A DNA stretch of 64,000 nucleotides from an uncultured Pseudomonadota bacterium (GCA_902771695.1 CACXXP010000001.1:45862-109861), one strand, 5' to 3'; positions 19,053 to 28,854 are shown, counted from the stretch's first letter. Numbers and translations are program-made. Notes: generated from the sequence alone by a model not told the origin.

Positions 19053-19729
19053 TTTATCAAAATCCGTGCCGTATCCCGCATATCCAGCGTTTGTATGTTT
19101 TTATGTAGAATATTATGTTTATTATTTAACACAACCAATGATGCAATTGCAGATTCTGGGTCTTGTTCTGGCAACATCACGATAATCCCATCGTTTGTCA
19201 CCATGTTCCAGCGACGGTTGTCAACAAATTCCATATAATCCAAATCGCCAATAAGGTTTGTGGCTGATTTTGTTATACCCGAAATATCTTTTGGAACATC
19301 GCCACGAAATACGACCGTTCCCGGTGATTTTTCCGATGCCGGTTGTTTAACAATTGTTCCATCGGCGGACAGTGGATAATAAAAAGAACCATCTGTCCAT
19401 GCCGCAACCGCGCGATAAAGGTGTATTTTTATAGATAAGTTGCCGTTCGGTAATCTGCGTACAGCCGATTCACGCACACCCGGTGTGGTCAACAGGCGCG
19501 CATTTACCAATTCAAGATTTACTGAATGTGTGTTTGTGCCCGCCGAAACCCCAGTTGCCGTTGCAATCGCGGTTAAATCTTGGTGTGATGTGTCGGCCGA
19601 TATAGATATATTTTTGACCTTGGATATTGGACCGTATCCCATAAATGTCATGATTATTCTGGTTGCGAAATATATGGCAAGCAAAATTGCCGCAATAAAA
19701 TATAGCCAAAACCATATGTTACGTTTCAT
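19049..19729 (-). CDS. ftsQ: Cell division protein FtsQ (POTRA-domain).
   Basis: 226 aa. N-terminal TM (IWFWLYFIAAILLAIYFA) and POTRA-like beta-rich periplasmic domains. Overlaps the downstream ftsA-like gene by 4 nt. Confidence 0.7.
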   Translation of the reverse strand: MKRNIWFWLYFIAAILLAIYFATRIIMTFMGYGPISKVKNISISADTSHQDLTAIATATGVSAGTNTHSVNLELVNARLLTTPGVRESAVRRLPNGNLSIKIHLYRAVAAWTDGSFYYPLSADGTIVKQPASEKSPGTVVFRGDVPKDISGITKSATNLIGDLDYMEFVDNRRWNMVTNDGIIVMLPEQDPESAIASLVVLNNKHNILHKNIQTLDMRDTARILIK

Positions 19730-19782
19730 GTGGCTTATTATATCATACTTTTATCAGATATGAAAGTTTTTGGCGTGAATTT

Positions 19783-20172
19783 TTATATGGCACGTAACAA
19801 ATACCCACGTGCAAACATACATTTGCGATATGAACCAACGGATTTTGATGTCGTGTTACGTGGAACCGACAGTAACGCCCGTTGTCCAACATCCCGATAT
19901 TCGTTTGATTGAAATGTTACCCACAAACCATCCCAATCGGGCATACGGGTGCTTTGATTTGGGGACAGTAATTTCGCCAAACGTGAACGTGGCATATATG
20001 ACGGCTGGGTTATGCCAAGACATGCCTTGTGGTCACGAACAAATTGTTCGGTCGTCACAGATTCGTTTTCCCAATTCAGAATTGTGGCGTTATCTATACT
20101 GCCACCGTTTGGGGAAGAGCATGCACAAACCCCCAATATTCCGGCGAATAAAAATAATTTAAACATTCTCAT
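19783..20172 (-). CDS. Small lipoprotein, unknown function.
   Basis: Lipobox LGVCAC|S after a signal peptide. 129 aa. Confidence 0.45.
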   Translation of the reverse strand: MRMFKLFLFAGILGVCACSSPNGGSIDNATILNWENESVTTEQFVRDHKACLGITQPSYMPRSRLAKLLSPNQSTRMPDWDGLWVTFQSNEYRDVGQRALLSVPRNTTSKSVGSYRKCMFARGYLLRAI

Positions 20173-20246
20173 GGTTCATATTATAATTTAATTGCGTTTT
20201 GGTGGCAATAGTTTTTATAATGTATAAAAATATCGGGGGAAAAGAG

Positions 20247-20570
20247 ATGGCGTTAACAGTTGATAATTTTATTAAATTGGCAAATTTCTATAACCAGGTC
20301 GCCAAGGTGATGTCTGCAATATGTGTCAATAAAGGCGGAATCGCAATGGAAAATTATGTCGGGCGTTTTTTTGCGGCGGACGTGTTAGAATTTGTTGTAG
20401 AATATGGTGAACGTTTGCTAAAGTCAGAGAGTAAACCAGATGCCGAAGTTGAATCTGTGATTGAACGATTCCGTGCACAATTTGAACATGTGCGGGATTT
20501 AACGACACCTTCACAGAAACCAATATACGAAATGACATTGGAAGAATTTGAAAAAGTTATGAACATATAA
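20247..20570 (+). CDS. Hypothetical protein (107 aa from the RBS-supported Met).
   Basis: GGGGGAAAAGAG precedes the ATG at 20247. No motifs recognised. Confidence 0.4.
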   Translation: MALTVDNFIKLANFYNQVAKVMSAICVNKGGIAMENYVGRFFAADVLEFVVEYGERLLKSESKPDAEVESVIERFRAQFEHVRDLTTPSQKPIYEMTLEEFEKVMNI

Positions 20571-20583
20571 ACACATACCATGG

Positions 20584-21915
20584 GTGGTGCGAATGAAAAA
20601 AATATTAAATTTTATGTTGGTCGGATTCATGCTGGTTGGGTGTATGCAGGCCCCAAATGAAAACAATACGATTGAATACGACACGGTCCAAGTTTTTGAT
20701 AATTTGGTCATAGATGATAATTCTGTGCCAATTTTTCCAAAAAAGGCCGCGTTGACAACCGATACTGCACGCCGTTTTTCCGTTGAATTGCCCCGGCGTT
20801 GTACGGTTGATTGGGATAACCAATCGGTTGTGTCGGTCGTCCCCGAAGAAAAAATAGAAATGGTGCGTGTTGATCGGGGCGATGAATTGCCATCGGATTT
20901 GACGGTGTCTGATTATGATTTCAAGAAACAAGGCGTGTCATCTGCATTGAACAAATTGTTGGAAGGAACAGATATTGCCGTTGTTGAGCAAGAACAGGTA
21001 ATAGAAAAGGTTTCTGGATCAATTGCATCTGGGAATTTGTCTGATGCGGTTGATTTGATTACGCGTTTGGGACGTGTATATTATTCCTATAATGCGGCAC
21101 TGGGGGAAATTACATTGTTTAATCGTGCCAAATGGTTAATCAAGATGCCACACGATGATACGATTGTTATGGCATTGTTAGATGCAATGCATGGTGCAGA
21201 TGTGCGGAATCTGATTGTAGATTGGGCGGATAATACATTGATATTTGAAGGTAATTATCAAACAGAACGAGAGGTCACGCGTATAATCGCTGATATTTCG
21301 TCTAAAAAATATGTCATGGCGTGGGATATGGATGTTTATCGTGTTTATCCACGGACAGATAATCCAATTATTTGGATGAATTTATTGCCGGCGTTCGGTG
21401 AAAGAAATATCAAGATGTCAATTCCAGGGGTCGTTGGACGTACATTGGTGGTTGGACCAGAAATAAACACAAAAACATTACAGGAATTTCTGGCACAGCA
21501 GGCAAATGTCGTGTTGATATCCCAAGGGCACTTTGTTGTGCCAGATGGATGGCAATCGCGTTTTGATATTGGACAGTGCGGTAAAGAAGAACGTTTGGAA
21601 ACAGATTTGGTTATCGGTGCATCGGCAAAATATAGTGATTTTGGCGGACGTAAAAAGATAGATGCTAAAATTGTTTTGCGGACCAGTAATGGCGAACTTT
21701 CTTCGTTCACGATTCCGTCCAGTGTCGGTGATAATTACATTATAATTGGTATACCGACACATTCATTTGTAACAACCCCGGAAACGTTGATAAGTCCGTT
21801 TGCTGAATTGGTGATATTTATGTCGCCACGGATTGTTTCAATTGTTAATCCTGCGGATATACCTGATGATGCGCCATTGGTAGGAGATGCGTTGCGGAAT
21901 TATTTACGAAAATAA
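20584..21915 (+). CDS. Hypothetical lipoprotein (443 aa).
   Basis: Signal peptide with lipobox LVGC|MQ. Lies directly upstream of lolC/lolD on the same strand. Confidence 0.5.
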   Translation: MVRMKKILNFMLVGFMLVGCMQAPNENNTIEYDTVQVFDNLVIDDNSVPIFPKKAALTTDTARRFSVELPRRCTVDWDNQSVVSVVPEEKIEMVRVDRGDELPSDLTVSDYDFKKQGVSSALNKLLEGTDIAVVEQEQVIEKVSGSIASGNLSDAVDLITRLGRVYYSYNAALGEITLFNRAKWLIKMPHDDTIVMALLDAMHGADVRNLIVDWADNTLIFEGNYQTEREVTRIIADISSKKYVMAWDMDVYRVYPRTDNPIIWMNLLPAFGERNIKMSIPGVVGRTLVVGPEINTKTLQEFLAQQANVVLISQGHFVVPDGWQSRFDIGQCGKEERLETDLVIGASAKYSDFGGRKKIDAKIVLRTSNGELSSFTIPSSVGDNYIIIGIPTHSFVTTPETLISPFAELVIFMSPRIVSIVNPADIPDDAPLVGDALRNYLRK

Positions 21916-21929
21916 TTAAATAGAGTAAA

Positions 21930-23186
21930 ATGATGTTTACGAAACTTGAAAGAAAAATTGCATTCAGATATTTAGCGGCAAAAAGACGTGGTTTTGGATC
22001 GGTTGTGTCGTGGGTGTCGTTGATAGGTATAATGTTGGGCGTGGCGACACTGATTGTTGTTATGTCGGTAATGGGTGGTTTTCACGATACATTGCTGTCG
22101 CGTATTGTGGGTATGAATGGGCATGTGGTTGTTTATCACCAAGATGGCGCAATCGCAGATTATGAGTTCTTAATGGATCGTATGCGTGAAAGTAAAACCA
22201 TTACCCAGGCCGTGACATCTATTGTTCCTATTGCCGAAGGCCAGGTTATGGTAACCGCCGATGGAAAGAATTCTGGTGCGATGGTTCGTGGAATACGTAT
22301 GTCAGATTTAATCACTAAAACAACAAATGGAACGCGTGTATACGGCAAAAAACTTAAAGAAGTTCGTGATGGTGAATTGGTTGTTGGGGCGACATTGGCA
22401 CGAAAATTGAATGTCGGGCGTGGTGATAATATTTCTTTGGTTTCGGCAAATGGTGCCACCGTTACTGCGTTTGGTACTATGCCGCGTATAATGTCGTATC
22501 CTGTTGTATCATCGTTTTTTATGGGAATGTATGAATACGATTCGGGATATGTGTTTATGCCACTTTCAACCGCCCAGAAATACCTGAATCTGGGAAATGC
22601 AGTGACGCATATAGATTTGTTCTTAAAAGATGCAGAAAAAACAGATGCGGTTCGTGATACATTGATTTCTGTGTTACCAGATGGTTATGTTGTGCGTGAT
22701 TGGCGTGATTTGAATCGTGGTTTTGTTGGCGCATTACAGGTTGAATCAAACGTTATGTTTTTGATTTTGATGCTGATTGTTATTGTGGCGGCATTTAATA
22801 TTGTTTCGTCATTGGTTATGTTGGTCAAAGATAAATCGCGTGATATTGCGGTGTTGCGTACGTTTGGTGTTTCGCGTCGTTCAATGATGCGTATATTTAT
22901 GTTATCTGGAACCAGTATAGGTATAATTGGCGCAATATTTGGAACGGTATTAGGGGTTGTGGTTGCGGTTTACATTGAACCGATTCGCAAATTCTTTCAA
23001 TGGGCAACGGGACGCGATTTATTCCCGGCTGAATTGTATTATTTGTCAGAATTGCCGTCCAAGGTTGAACCATTGACCGTAATCGGTATTGCCATAATTG
23101 CAATTGCATTGGCGTTTTTGGCAACAATTTATCCCGCATGGAAGGCCGCAAACACAGATCCTGTTGAGGTGTTGCGAAATGAATAA
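21930..23186 (+). CDS. lolC: Lipoprotein-releasing system transmembrane protein (LolC/E family).
   Basis: 418 aa. Four TM helices plus a MacB-like periplasmic domain and the FtsX-like C-terminal permease signature. Followed by lolD. Confidence 0.85.
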   Translation: MMFTKLERKIAFRYLAAKRRGFGSVVSWVSLIGIMLGVATLIVVMSVMGGFHDTLLSRIVGMNGHVVVYHQDGAIADYEFLMDRMRESKTITQAVTSIVPIAEGQVMVTADGKNSGAMVRGIRMSDLITKTTNGTRVYGKKLKEVRDGELVVGATLARKLNVGRGDNISLVSANGATVTAFGTMPRIMSYPVVSSFFMGMYEYDSGYVFMPLSTAQKYLNLGNAVTHIDLFLKDAEKTDAVRDTLISVLPDGYVVRDWRDLNRGFVGALQVESNVMFLILMLIVIVAAFNIVSSLVMLVKDKSRDIAVLRTFGVSRRSMMRIFMLSGTSIGIIGAIFGTVLGVVVAVYIEPIRKFFQWATGRDLFPAELYYLSELPSKVEPLTVIGIAIIAIALAFLATIYPAWKAANTDPVEVLRNE

Positions 23187-23331
23187 AGACCTTGGACAAA
23201 CAAATAAAATCTTATGGAATCAAAGTGGGTTACGTTCTTGCACCAGAAACAGCAATGGGGATAATTTCTGCACTGGAAAAAAATAAACAATATGCTATGA
23301 TAACAGAGAAACAAACACAGGAAAGGAAGTA

Positions 23332-24042
23332 ATGGCATCTATATTAAATTCTTTATCACGGGCAAAGCAGGGCGAGGTCGTCCTGTCGGTGCGTGATATA
23401 AAAAAGACATTTATAGAAGGTGGACAACCATTACATATTCTGACCGGTGGCGGATTTGATTTGCACCGTGGTGAAATTATTGCATTGGTTGGTCCTTCGG
23501 GGGCTGGTAAGTCCACCTTGTTGCAATGTGTTGGATTGTTGGATAAACCATCGGGGGGCAGTGTTTTGGTCTGTGGCACGCCTGTGCACGCAATGAATGA
23601 TGAAATGCGGACGATGATTCGTCGGCGCAAAATGGGTTTTGTATATCAACGGCACAATTTATTGTCGGATTTTACGGCACTTGAAAATGTCATGTTGCCG
23701 ATGCTTGCGAATGGTGTCGCCGAAGATGTCGCGCATACGCGTGCAATGAAATTATTAAAGGCCGCAAATGTTGCGCATCGTGCATCGCATTTGCCGGGTC
23801 AAATGTCTGGCGGGGAACAGCAACGCACGGCGGTTGCGCGTGCGTTGGCAAATAATCCTGATATATTGTTGGCGGATGAACCCACGGGCAGTTTGGATCC
23901 AAATCATGCAATTTCGGTGTTTGAATTGCTGTTGGATTTGGTGCGTAAAAATAAAATGGCGATGTTGTTTGTGACGCATGATATGTCGTTGGCGAATCGG
24001 GCCGACCGGTGTATAACAATCAAAAATGGCGTTGTAAAATAA
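23332..24042 (+). CDS. lolD: Lipoprotein-releasing system ATP-binding protein.
   Basis: Walker A GPSGAGKST, signature MSGGEQQRTAVARAL, Walker B ILLADEPTGSLD. Confidence 0.88.
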   Translation: MASILNSLSRAKQGEVVLSVRDIKKTFIEGGQPLHILTGGGFDLHRGEIIALVGPSGAGKSTLLQCVGLLDKPSGGSVLVCGTPVHAMNDEMRTMIRRRKMGFVYQRHNLLSDFTALENVMLPMLANGVAEDVAHTRAMKLLKAANVAHRASHLPGQMSGGEQQRTAVARALANNPDILLADEPTGSLDPNHAISVFELLLDLVRKNKMAMLFVTHDMSLANRADRCITIKNGVVK

Positions 24043-24060
24043 TTAAAACGGAGGGAATAA

Positions 24061-24816
24061 ATGAAAACAAATGTAAAAAGTTCATCTGGACAAAGTTGTT
24101 ATATTTGTTCACGTAAACAAAAAATATTTGCGTGGATTGCGTTGATTGGAATATTCTTGTGCGGAATGATGACAGGGGTCAGTTTGTGGGGATATAAACA
24201 TGCGCATACGGCGGATTCCGGTGTATACAACGTAAAAATGTTGCCGTGTGAAATGCGTGAGAAGGCATTGTTAGCGAATTTGTCGCAAGATATTGACGAT
24301 ACGTGGCCAGATGCGGCAAATTTTCATAAACGAAATGCAGATATTTATGATAACCTTGTGCGTGCGGGGTGTGATGAAAATAAAGAAAAATATAAAGAAT
24401 TAAGAGATGCGGAATTTAGTGTTTATGATGTTTTGCGTCACAATGGTGAATATTTGCGTGCTGTGCAGGGACAGCCGTGCCAAGTGATTGAATCAACTTT
24501 GCTGGGGTACATTAATGATTGTCCCGAATCGAACTGTCATTTGCATAATGCCGAAATTTATTCAAAGTTGGTTGAAGATGGATGTCCGGAAAATCAACAA
24601 AAATATGCCAAAAAGGCGTTGGATGAGTTGCAAATTGCCGAAGGTGTTCGTGTTGAAGAAAATGATGTTAATAAAAATGAAATGCGGTCTACGGTGAACA
24701 CTTATAAAAAATTGCAAATGCAGAACGAGGCGAAAAAGTATATCAAGAAAGTTGAAAAGTTGGTTGACCCGGGTGTTGATTTTATTATGGAATTGCAACG
24801 GGTTATTGAAGAATAA
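24061..24816 (+). CDS. Membrane-anchored hypothetical protein with internal Cys-containing repeats.
   Basis: TM helix (IFAWIALIGIFLCGMMTGVSLW). Repeats NADIYDNLVRAGCDENKEKYKEL, NAEIYSKLVEDGCPENQQKYAKKAL and NDCPESNC. Confidence 0.5.
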   Translation: MKTNVKSSSGQSCYICSRKQKIFAWIALIGIFLCGMMTGVSLWGYKHAHTADSGVYNVKMLPCEMREKALLANLSQDIDDTWPDAANFHKRNADIYDNLVRAGCDENKEKYKELRDAEFSVYDVLRHNGEYLRAVQGQPCQVIESTLLGYINDCPESNCHLHNAEIYSKLVEDGCPENQQKYAKKALDELQIAEGVRVEENDVNKNEMRSTVNTYKKLQMQNEAKKYIKKVEKLVDPGVDFIMELQRVIEE

Positions 24817-24832
24817 TACCAAGGGGAAAAAA

Positions 24833-25531
24833 ATGAATATAAAAATCTTAGGCCTTTTGGGAATATTATCAGTGGCAACGGTATCGTATGTTTCTTTTGC
24901 AGATGATACCGAGGTATTGGTTGATGATGAAGAATTTGAAGAAGCCGAAGAAGAATTAGAAGCCGGAGAAGAATTAGAAAATGAAGAAGAGGTAGAAGTA
25001 GAGGAGGTTGAGGTTGTAACCGAAACACGTACTGTTGCATCGCGTTTATCATGCGATGATGTTAAACAACGTGTTGCAGAATTGCGTGAAGATGTAAAAT
25101 CTCATCCGGAATTAAAGACCGAATTGGAAACAATGTTGGCGCGTCAACGTACACAATGTGCGCCCCGTGCGAATCGTCGGCCGGTACATAATTATGAAAA
25201 TGTAAATCCGGTTATGGTTATTGATGCGGTGCCTGTAGAAGAAGTTGTCGCAGAAGAGGTTACAGAAAAGGTTGAAACAAAACCAGCGGAACCTGTCAAG
25301 ACCCCAGAGGAAATTGCGGCCGAAGAGGCGGCAAAGAAGGCCGAACAAGAACGCATCATTGCGGAAAATCTGGCAAATGGATTATGTGGTGATGGCACAA
25401 AACCGAATCGTTACGGTTGTTGTGAAGGTGAAAAGTTCAAGGAAACGTCGCATCTGCAATTTGCTTGTTGCCCAAAAGAGGGTGATGGTGAATGTCATGA
25501 ACCGATAAAGAAGAAAACAAAGGAGAAGTAA
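24833..25531 (+). CDS. Secreted acidic protein with a Glu-rich repeat region and a C-terminal 6-Cys motif.
   Basis: RBS AAGGGGA precedes MNIKILGLLGILSVATVSYVSFA (signal peptide). EEFEEAEEELEAGEELENEEEVEVEEVEVV. C-terminal CGDGTKPNRYGCCEGEKFKETSHLQFACCPKEGDGEC. Confidence 0.55.
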   Translation: MNIKILGLLGILSVATVSYVSFADDTEVLVDDEEFEEAEEELEAGEELENEEEVEVEEVEVVTETRTVASRLSCDDVKQRVAELREDVKSHPELKTELETMLARQRTQCAPRANRRPVHNYENVNPVMVIDAVPVEEVVAEEVTEKVETKPAEPVKTPEEIAAEEAAKKAEQERIIAENLANGLCGDGTKPNRYGCCEGEKFKETSHLQFACCPKEGDGECHEPIKKKTKEK

Positions 25532-25533
25532 AA

Positions 25534-25746
25534 ATGTCAAAAATAGCAACTTTATCAAAATGGATGGTATTTTTTGGATTTGGATGCATCGTATTGATGT
25601 CTTTGGGTCTGTGGATATTGCCAATGTGGTTCAGATTGAACATCGTTGGGCAATTGAATCTTGATGCCGGCATATTAATGATGGTGTTATTTGCTTATGT
25701 TCTGACGTTGGGTATGTTCTTTTGGTTAAAGTCAGAAAAGAAATAA
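25534..25746 (+). CDS. Small two-TM membrane protein (70 aa).
   Basis: Two hydrophobic helices. Sits tightly between neighbouring genes: 2 nt after the previous stop and 1 nt before the next start. Confidence 0.4.
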   Translation: MSKIATLSKWMVFFGFGCIVLMSLGLWILPMWFRLNIVGQLNLDAGILMMVLFAYVLTLGMFFWLKSEKK

Positions 25747-25747
25747 T

Positions 25748-26212
25748 ATGTCCAAAGAGATAAAATTCTGTAAACCGGTTGGGAAATATTATTTTTTAAG
25801 CCCATTGTCAGAATTTCCAATAAAGATGTCTGTTGATGGGGTGGAATATGTTTTCCCAACCGTTGAACATTATTACCAAGCAATGAAATTTTACGCCACT
25901 GATTCGCGTTTTGCGGTTATTTTGGCGTTGAAAAATCCTGATGATGCGCGGTTGTTAACCAAAACACCTGAATACAAGGTAAACCGCCGTATTGGGTTTG
26001 ATGATATGAAATTTTCAATTATGGAAAACGCATTACGTGCAAAGTTTGCTCAGAATACAGATGCGGCCGATTTATTGTTATCAACAGGCGATGCAATATT
26101 ATCAAAATCGTGTGATGTTTGTTATCGTTGCGGTTTTGGGCGCGGCGGAAATAACCGTATGGGGCGAATGCTGATGCAAATTCGTGATGAGCTAAAGGCA
26201 AGTAAAAACTAA
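25748..26212 (+). CDS. NADAR (YbiA-like, DUF1768) N-glycosidase-family protein.
   Basis: 154 aa. Family-typical motifs FxxPLSEFP…VEHYYQAMKF…LLSTGDAIL…NRMGRMLMQIRDEL. Confidence 0.7.
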   Translation: MSKEIKFCKPVGKYYFLSPLSEFPIKMSVDGVEYVFPTVEHYYQAMKFYATDSRFAVILALKNPDDARLLTKTPEYKVNRRIGFDDMKFSIMENALRAKFAQNTDAADLLLSTGDAILSKSCDVCYRCGFGRGGNNRMGRMLMQIRDELKASKN

Positions 26213-26811
26213 TCTTGTTGTTCCGGCTTTTTATATTCGCATGCCAATTTTGAATACAACAAGTGATCCATGTATGTACCATCAGGCATACGATTTGCTT
26301 GGCGGTCTGTGCCATCAAGATGATACCCACTGGATTCAATAGATTTTATTGATTCTTGATTCCCGGCCATTGTTTGACGACATACACGATTAACTTGTAA
26401 TCTGTTAAATGCTAAATCTTCTAATTTATTGTGAACTTCGCGGTTAAATCCATGCCCCCATGCAGATTTTATAAACCATACACTTGCACACTGTAATGTT
26501 TTAGATTCTGGCCAGTAATGCACACGCATGTATCCGATAAAATTGTTGTCATGGAAAATATAATATACACATCCGTTTTTGTATTCTGAATCAAGTTTCA
26601 TACGTTCCTGAGTTTCTTCAAGAGATTGTGGCAAGTGTGACTTGCGTGATACCGAAAACCACATGTATTTAAAATCTTCTGGGTTTTCGTTTTTCAGAAC
26701 ATTCCATACAATTTGTGCATTTTCGGCATTTGGTTCCAACATGCGCAATTCCAATCGTTCGGTTTGTAGGTTCCGTCTAAACAATTCCAAGAATTTTTCC
26801 ATGAACGTCAT
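26209..26811 (-). CDS. GNAT-family N-acetyltransferase (RimL-like).
   Basis: 200 aa. IGYMRVHYW…CASVWFIKSAWGHGFNREVHNKLEDLAFNRLQVNRV… is the GNAT core. Convergent with the NADAR gene, with a 4-nt overlap. Confidence 0.65.
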   Translation of the reverse strand: MTFMEKFLELFRRNLQTERLELRMLEPNAENAQIVWNVLKNENPEDFKYMWFSVSRKSHLPQSLEETQERMKLDSEYKNGCVYYIFHDNNFIGYMRVHYWPESKTLQCASVWFIKSAWGHGFNREVHNKLEDLAFNRLQVNRVCRQTMAGNQESIKSIESSGYHLDGTDRQANRMPDGTYMDHLLYSKLACEYKKPEQQD

Positions 26812-26938
26812 ATTTATCCTTTTGTACCAGTTTTCTATTTATACATGGGAAAATGTATCAAAAAAAACCGAGAATTCAACAAAATTTTATTGACAATAAT
26901 ATGTTTTTGTATTATATTTTTTTGCAAAATAAGGAATT

Positions 26939-28207
26939 TTGATTATGCATAGTAAATTTATTGAATATTTAATGTTCTTGCGGGACAAGCTGCGTTCCAT
27001 GGATTCTGTGCACGCCAACAGGTTGCGAAATCGGGTTGATAGCATGGTGGTTCAGCTTGATAAGCATATACAAGATGTTAAATCATTGATGGCCAAATAT
27101 GGTATATCTGATTTACCAAATAATTATGACGAGTGTGAAAAATTCCTTGAAAAATATCCTGATTTACATCAAGAACATAACAAGATGTCAAAGTTGGCGG
27201 CGATTGTATCCCGTTTAATGATAAATAATCCATGGCTGTGGGAACCGGGCCGGGATGTTGGATTGTATTACGATACAACCGCATTAAAATATCGTATGAT
27301 GAAAATAGTTGATGGCGAGACGGATTATATGGCCGGTTTGCACAAACAATTAGAGGATTTAGACAACAAAATTGCTGCGACCAAGGTCCCAAATCAAGAT
27401 TTGGAAAATGAAAAAAATTATCTGGTTGAATTACTGGTGGATGAAATTGAAACTATCGGTGACAGGTTAAATACAGAATGGTGGAATGCGATTCCGCGTA
27501 TAATCAAAGAAAAATGCCACAAAAATATGGATGATTTAATGGTAGAATTGTTGGCATCAGATGATAATATTGCACGTTATATCAAGAATTATAAATCTTT
27601 AAATAGTATTTTTGTATCACCATTAGTATTAAAAATGATAGAAACCAGGATAAATGATAAAATTTCCAACATTGCCCCACCGGTTAATTTTGTTTTTATG
27701 TTTTCCCAACAAGATGGATTTGCTGGGGGAATTGATGTGGAAACTGGTGACATATGCTTTAATTTACAGTATATGGGAAAAAACGTAAATGGTTTTGTTG
27801 ATACATTGAAACACGAAGTATTTGGGCATCATTTAGACGAGCATTGTCCAAATTTTGGTTTGCGTGGCCAAGAAATGATAGATTTTGTTGATGGTTCTTT
27901 CCATGCGGTTAATGGCAAGATAGTCAGCCATACATTGAACAGCGAAGAATATATTATCGCAATTTCACCATTATTGAAACAGAGTTATTTCGTACCAGAT
28001 ATCACAAAAGGTGCAATAAAAAAATTACATGATGCAGGTTGGCGTTTCATGCAAGTAGAATATCTGGATTGTGATTCGGTTTATAATTATAAAAACATGA
28101 TGCATGAAAAAAATGCATGGTTAATTGGAAAAACAAAAAACGTTGTGAGAAAAATTGAAAAATATCGCCGATGCCATGGTTTGCCATATATAGAAAAGAT
28201 GCATTAA
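26939..28207 (+). CDS. Hypothetical protein with an HExxH zinc-metallopeptidase-like motif.
   Basis: 422 aa. LKHEVFGHHLDEH is HExxH plus a downstream His. No signal peptide. Confidence 0.45.
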   Translation: MIMHSKFIEYLMFLRDKLRSMDSVHANRLRNRVDSMVVQLDKHIQDVKSLMAKYGISDLPNNYDECEKFLEKYPDLHQEHNKMSKLAAIVSRLMINNPWLWEPGRDVGLYYDTTALKYRMMKIVDGETDYMAGLHKQLEDLDNKIAATKVPNQDLENEKNYLVELLVDEIETIGDRLNTEWWNAIPRIIKEKCHKNMDDLMVELLASDDNIARYIKNYKSLNSIFVSPLVLKMIETRINDKISNIAPPVNFVFMFSQQDGFAGGIDVETGDICFNLQYMGKNVNGFVDTLKHEVFGHHLDEHCPNFGLRGQEMIDFVDGSFHAVNGKIVSHTLNSEEYIIAISPLLKQSYFVPDITKGAIKKLHDAGWRFMQVEYLDCDSVYNYKNMMHEKNAWLIGKTKNVVRKIEKYRRCHGLPYIEKMH

Positions 28208-28278
28208 GGTTTTATTGTCGGTGTATTTATTGAAAGTATTGAATACTAATTTTATGCTATTTATGATATAATATACTG

Positions 28279-28854
28279 ATGCATGTAAATAACAATTTTT
28301 TTAATGATCTTTTTTCTAATGATTTTAATTCTGAATACGACCATTCTTGCCGTATAGAAGATTTTAATGGCCGAAAAAGTTTTCACATTGATTGCAGTGG
28401 TTTTATGTATTGGTGCCTGGCACAAATGGGGTATCGGCGGGCATTGGTTGAATTACGTGCGTTTCTAAAAGAAAATGATTTTATTAAAATAAACCGGTTT
28501 TTTTGTAAAGATTTCGCATTTATATACGAACATGCCGACAGATTCAGATACTGGCGCTTTTTGAATACACCAACACAAGATTCCGTGTTGGTGGTTATGT
28601 ATCCTGATGGCCAAGGCCATTGTATGTGGATAGATAACATTATAAATTCTGATGAAACCGAATGGTTAATGCGTGTCATAGATTCTACGCGTTTCCCCCA
28701 TAAACACGACAGTCGTATTGATGTCACCGGTATTGGTATTGGCGATATAAAGATTATTCGTTTGAATAATGGTTGGATATATGATTCTGGCAATCCATTA
28801 TTACCGCCACGTGCGGCAAAATTGTATTTCGTTTCACCGGTTAAGCAGGTTTAA
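28279..28854 (+). CDS. Papain-fold Cys peptidase/amidase-like protein (NlpC/P60-like catalytic Cys motif).
   Basis: 191 aa. FHIDCSGFMYWCL resembles the NlpC/P60 xDCSGxV Cys motif, and a downstream His sits in GQGHCMWID. Confidence 0.4.
   Translation: MHVNNNFFNDLFSNDFNSEYDHSCRIEDFNGRKSFHIDCSGFMYWCLAQMGYRRALVELRAFLKENDFIKINRFFCKDFAFIYEHADRFRYWRFLNTPTQDSVLVVMYPDGQGHCMWIDNIINSDETEWLMRVIDSTRFPHKHDSRIDVTGIGIGDIKIIRLNNGWIYDSGNPLLPPRAAKLYFVSPVKQV

Noticed and set aside
23295-23630. 111-aa minus-strand ORF overlapping the lolD start region.
   Set aside because: It overlaps the lolD Walker A coding region on the opposite strand and has no independent support.
24900-25030. GAA/GAG-rich repetitive DNA that could be mistaken for a tandem-repeat or CRISPR-like array.
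   Set aside because: It lies inside a coding region and simply encodes a poly-Glu acidic stretch. There are no regular spacer-repeat units, and no other CRISPR-like periodic repeats were seen anywhere in the window.
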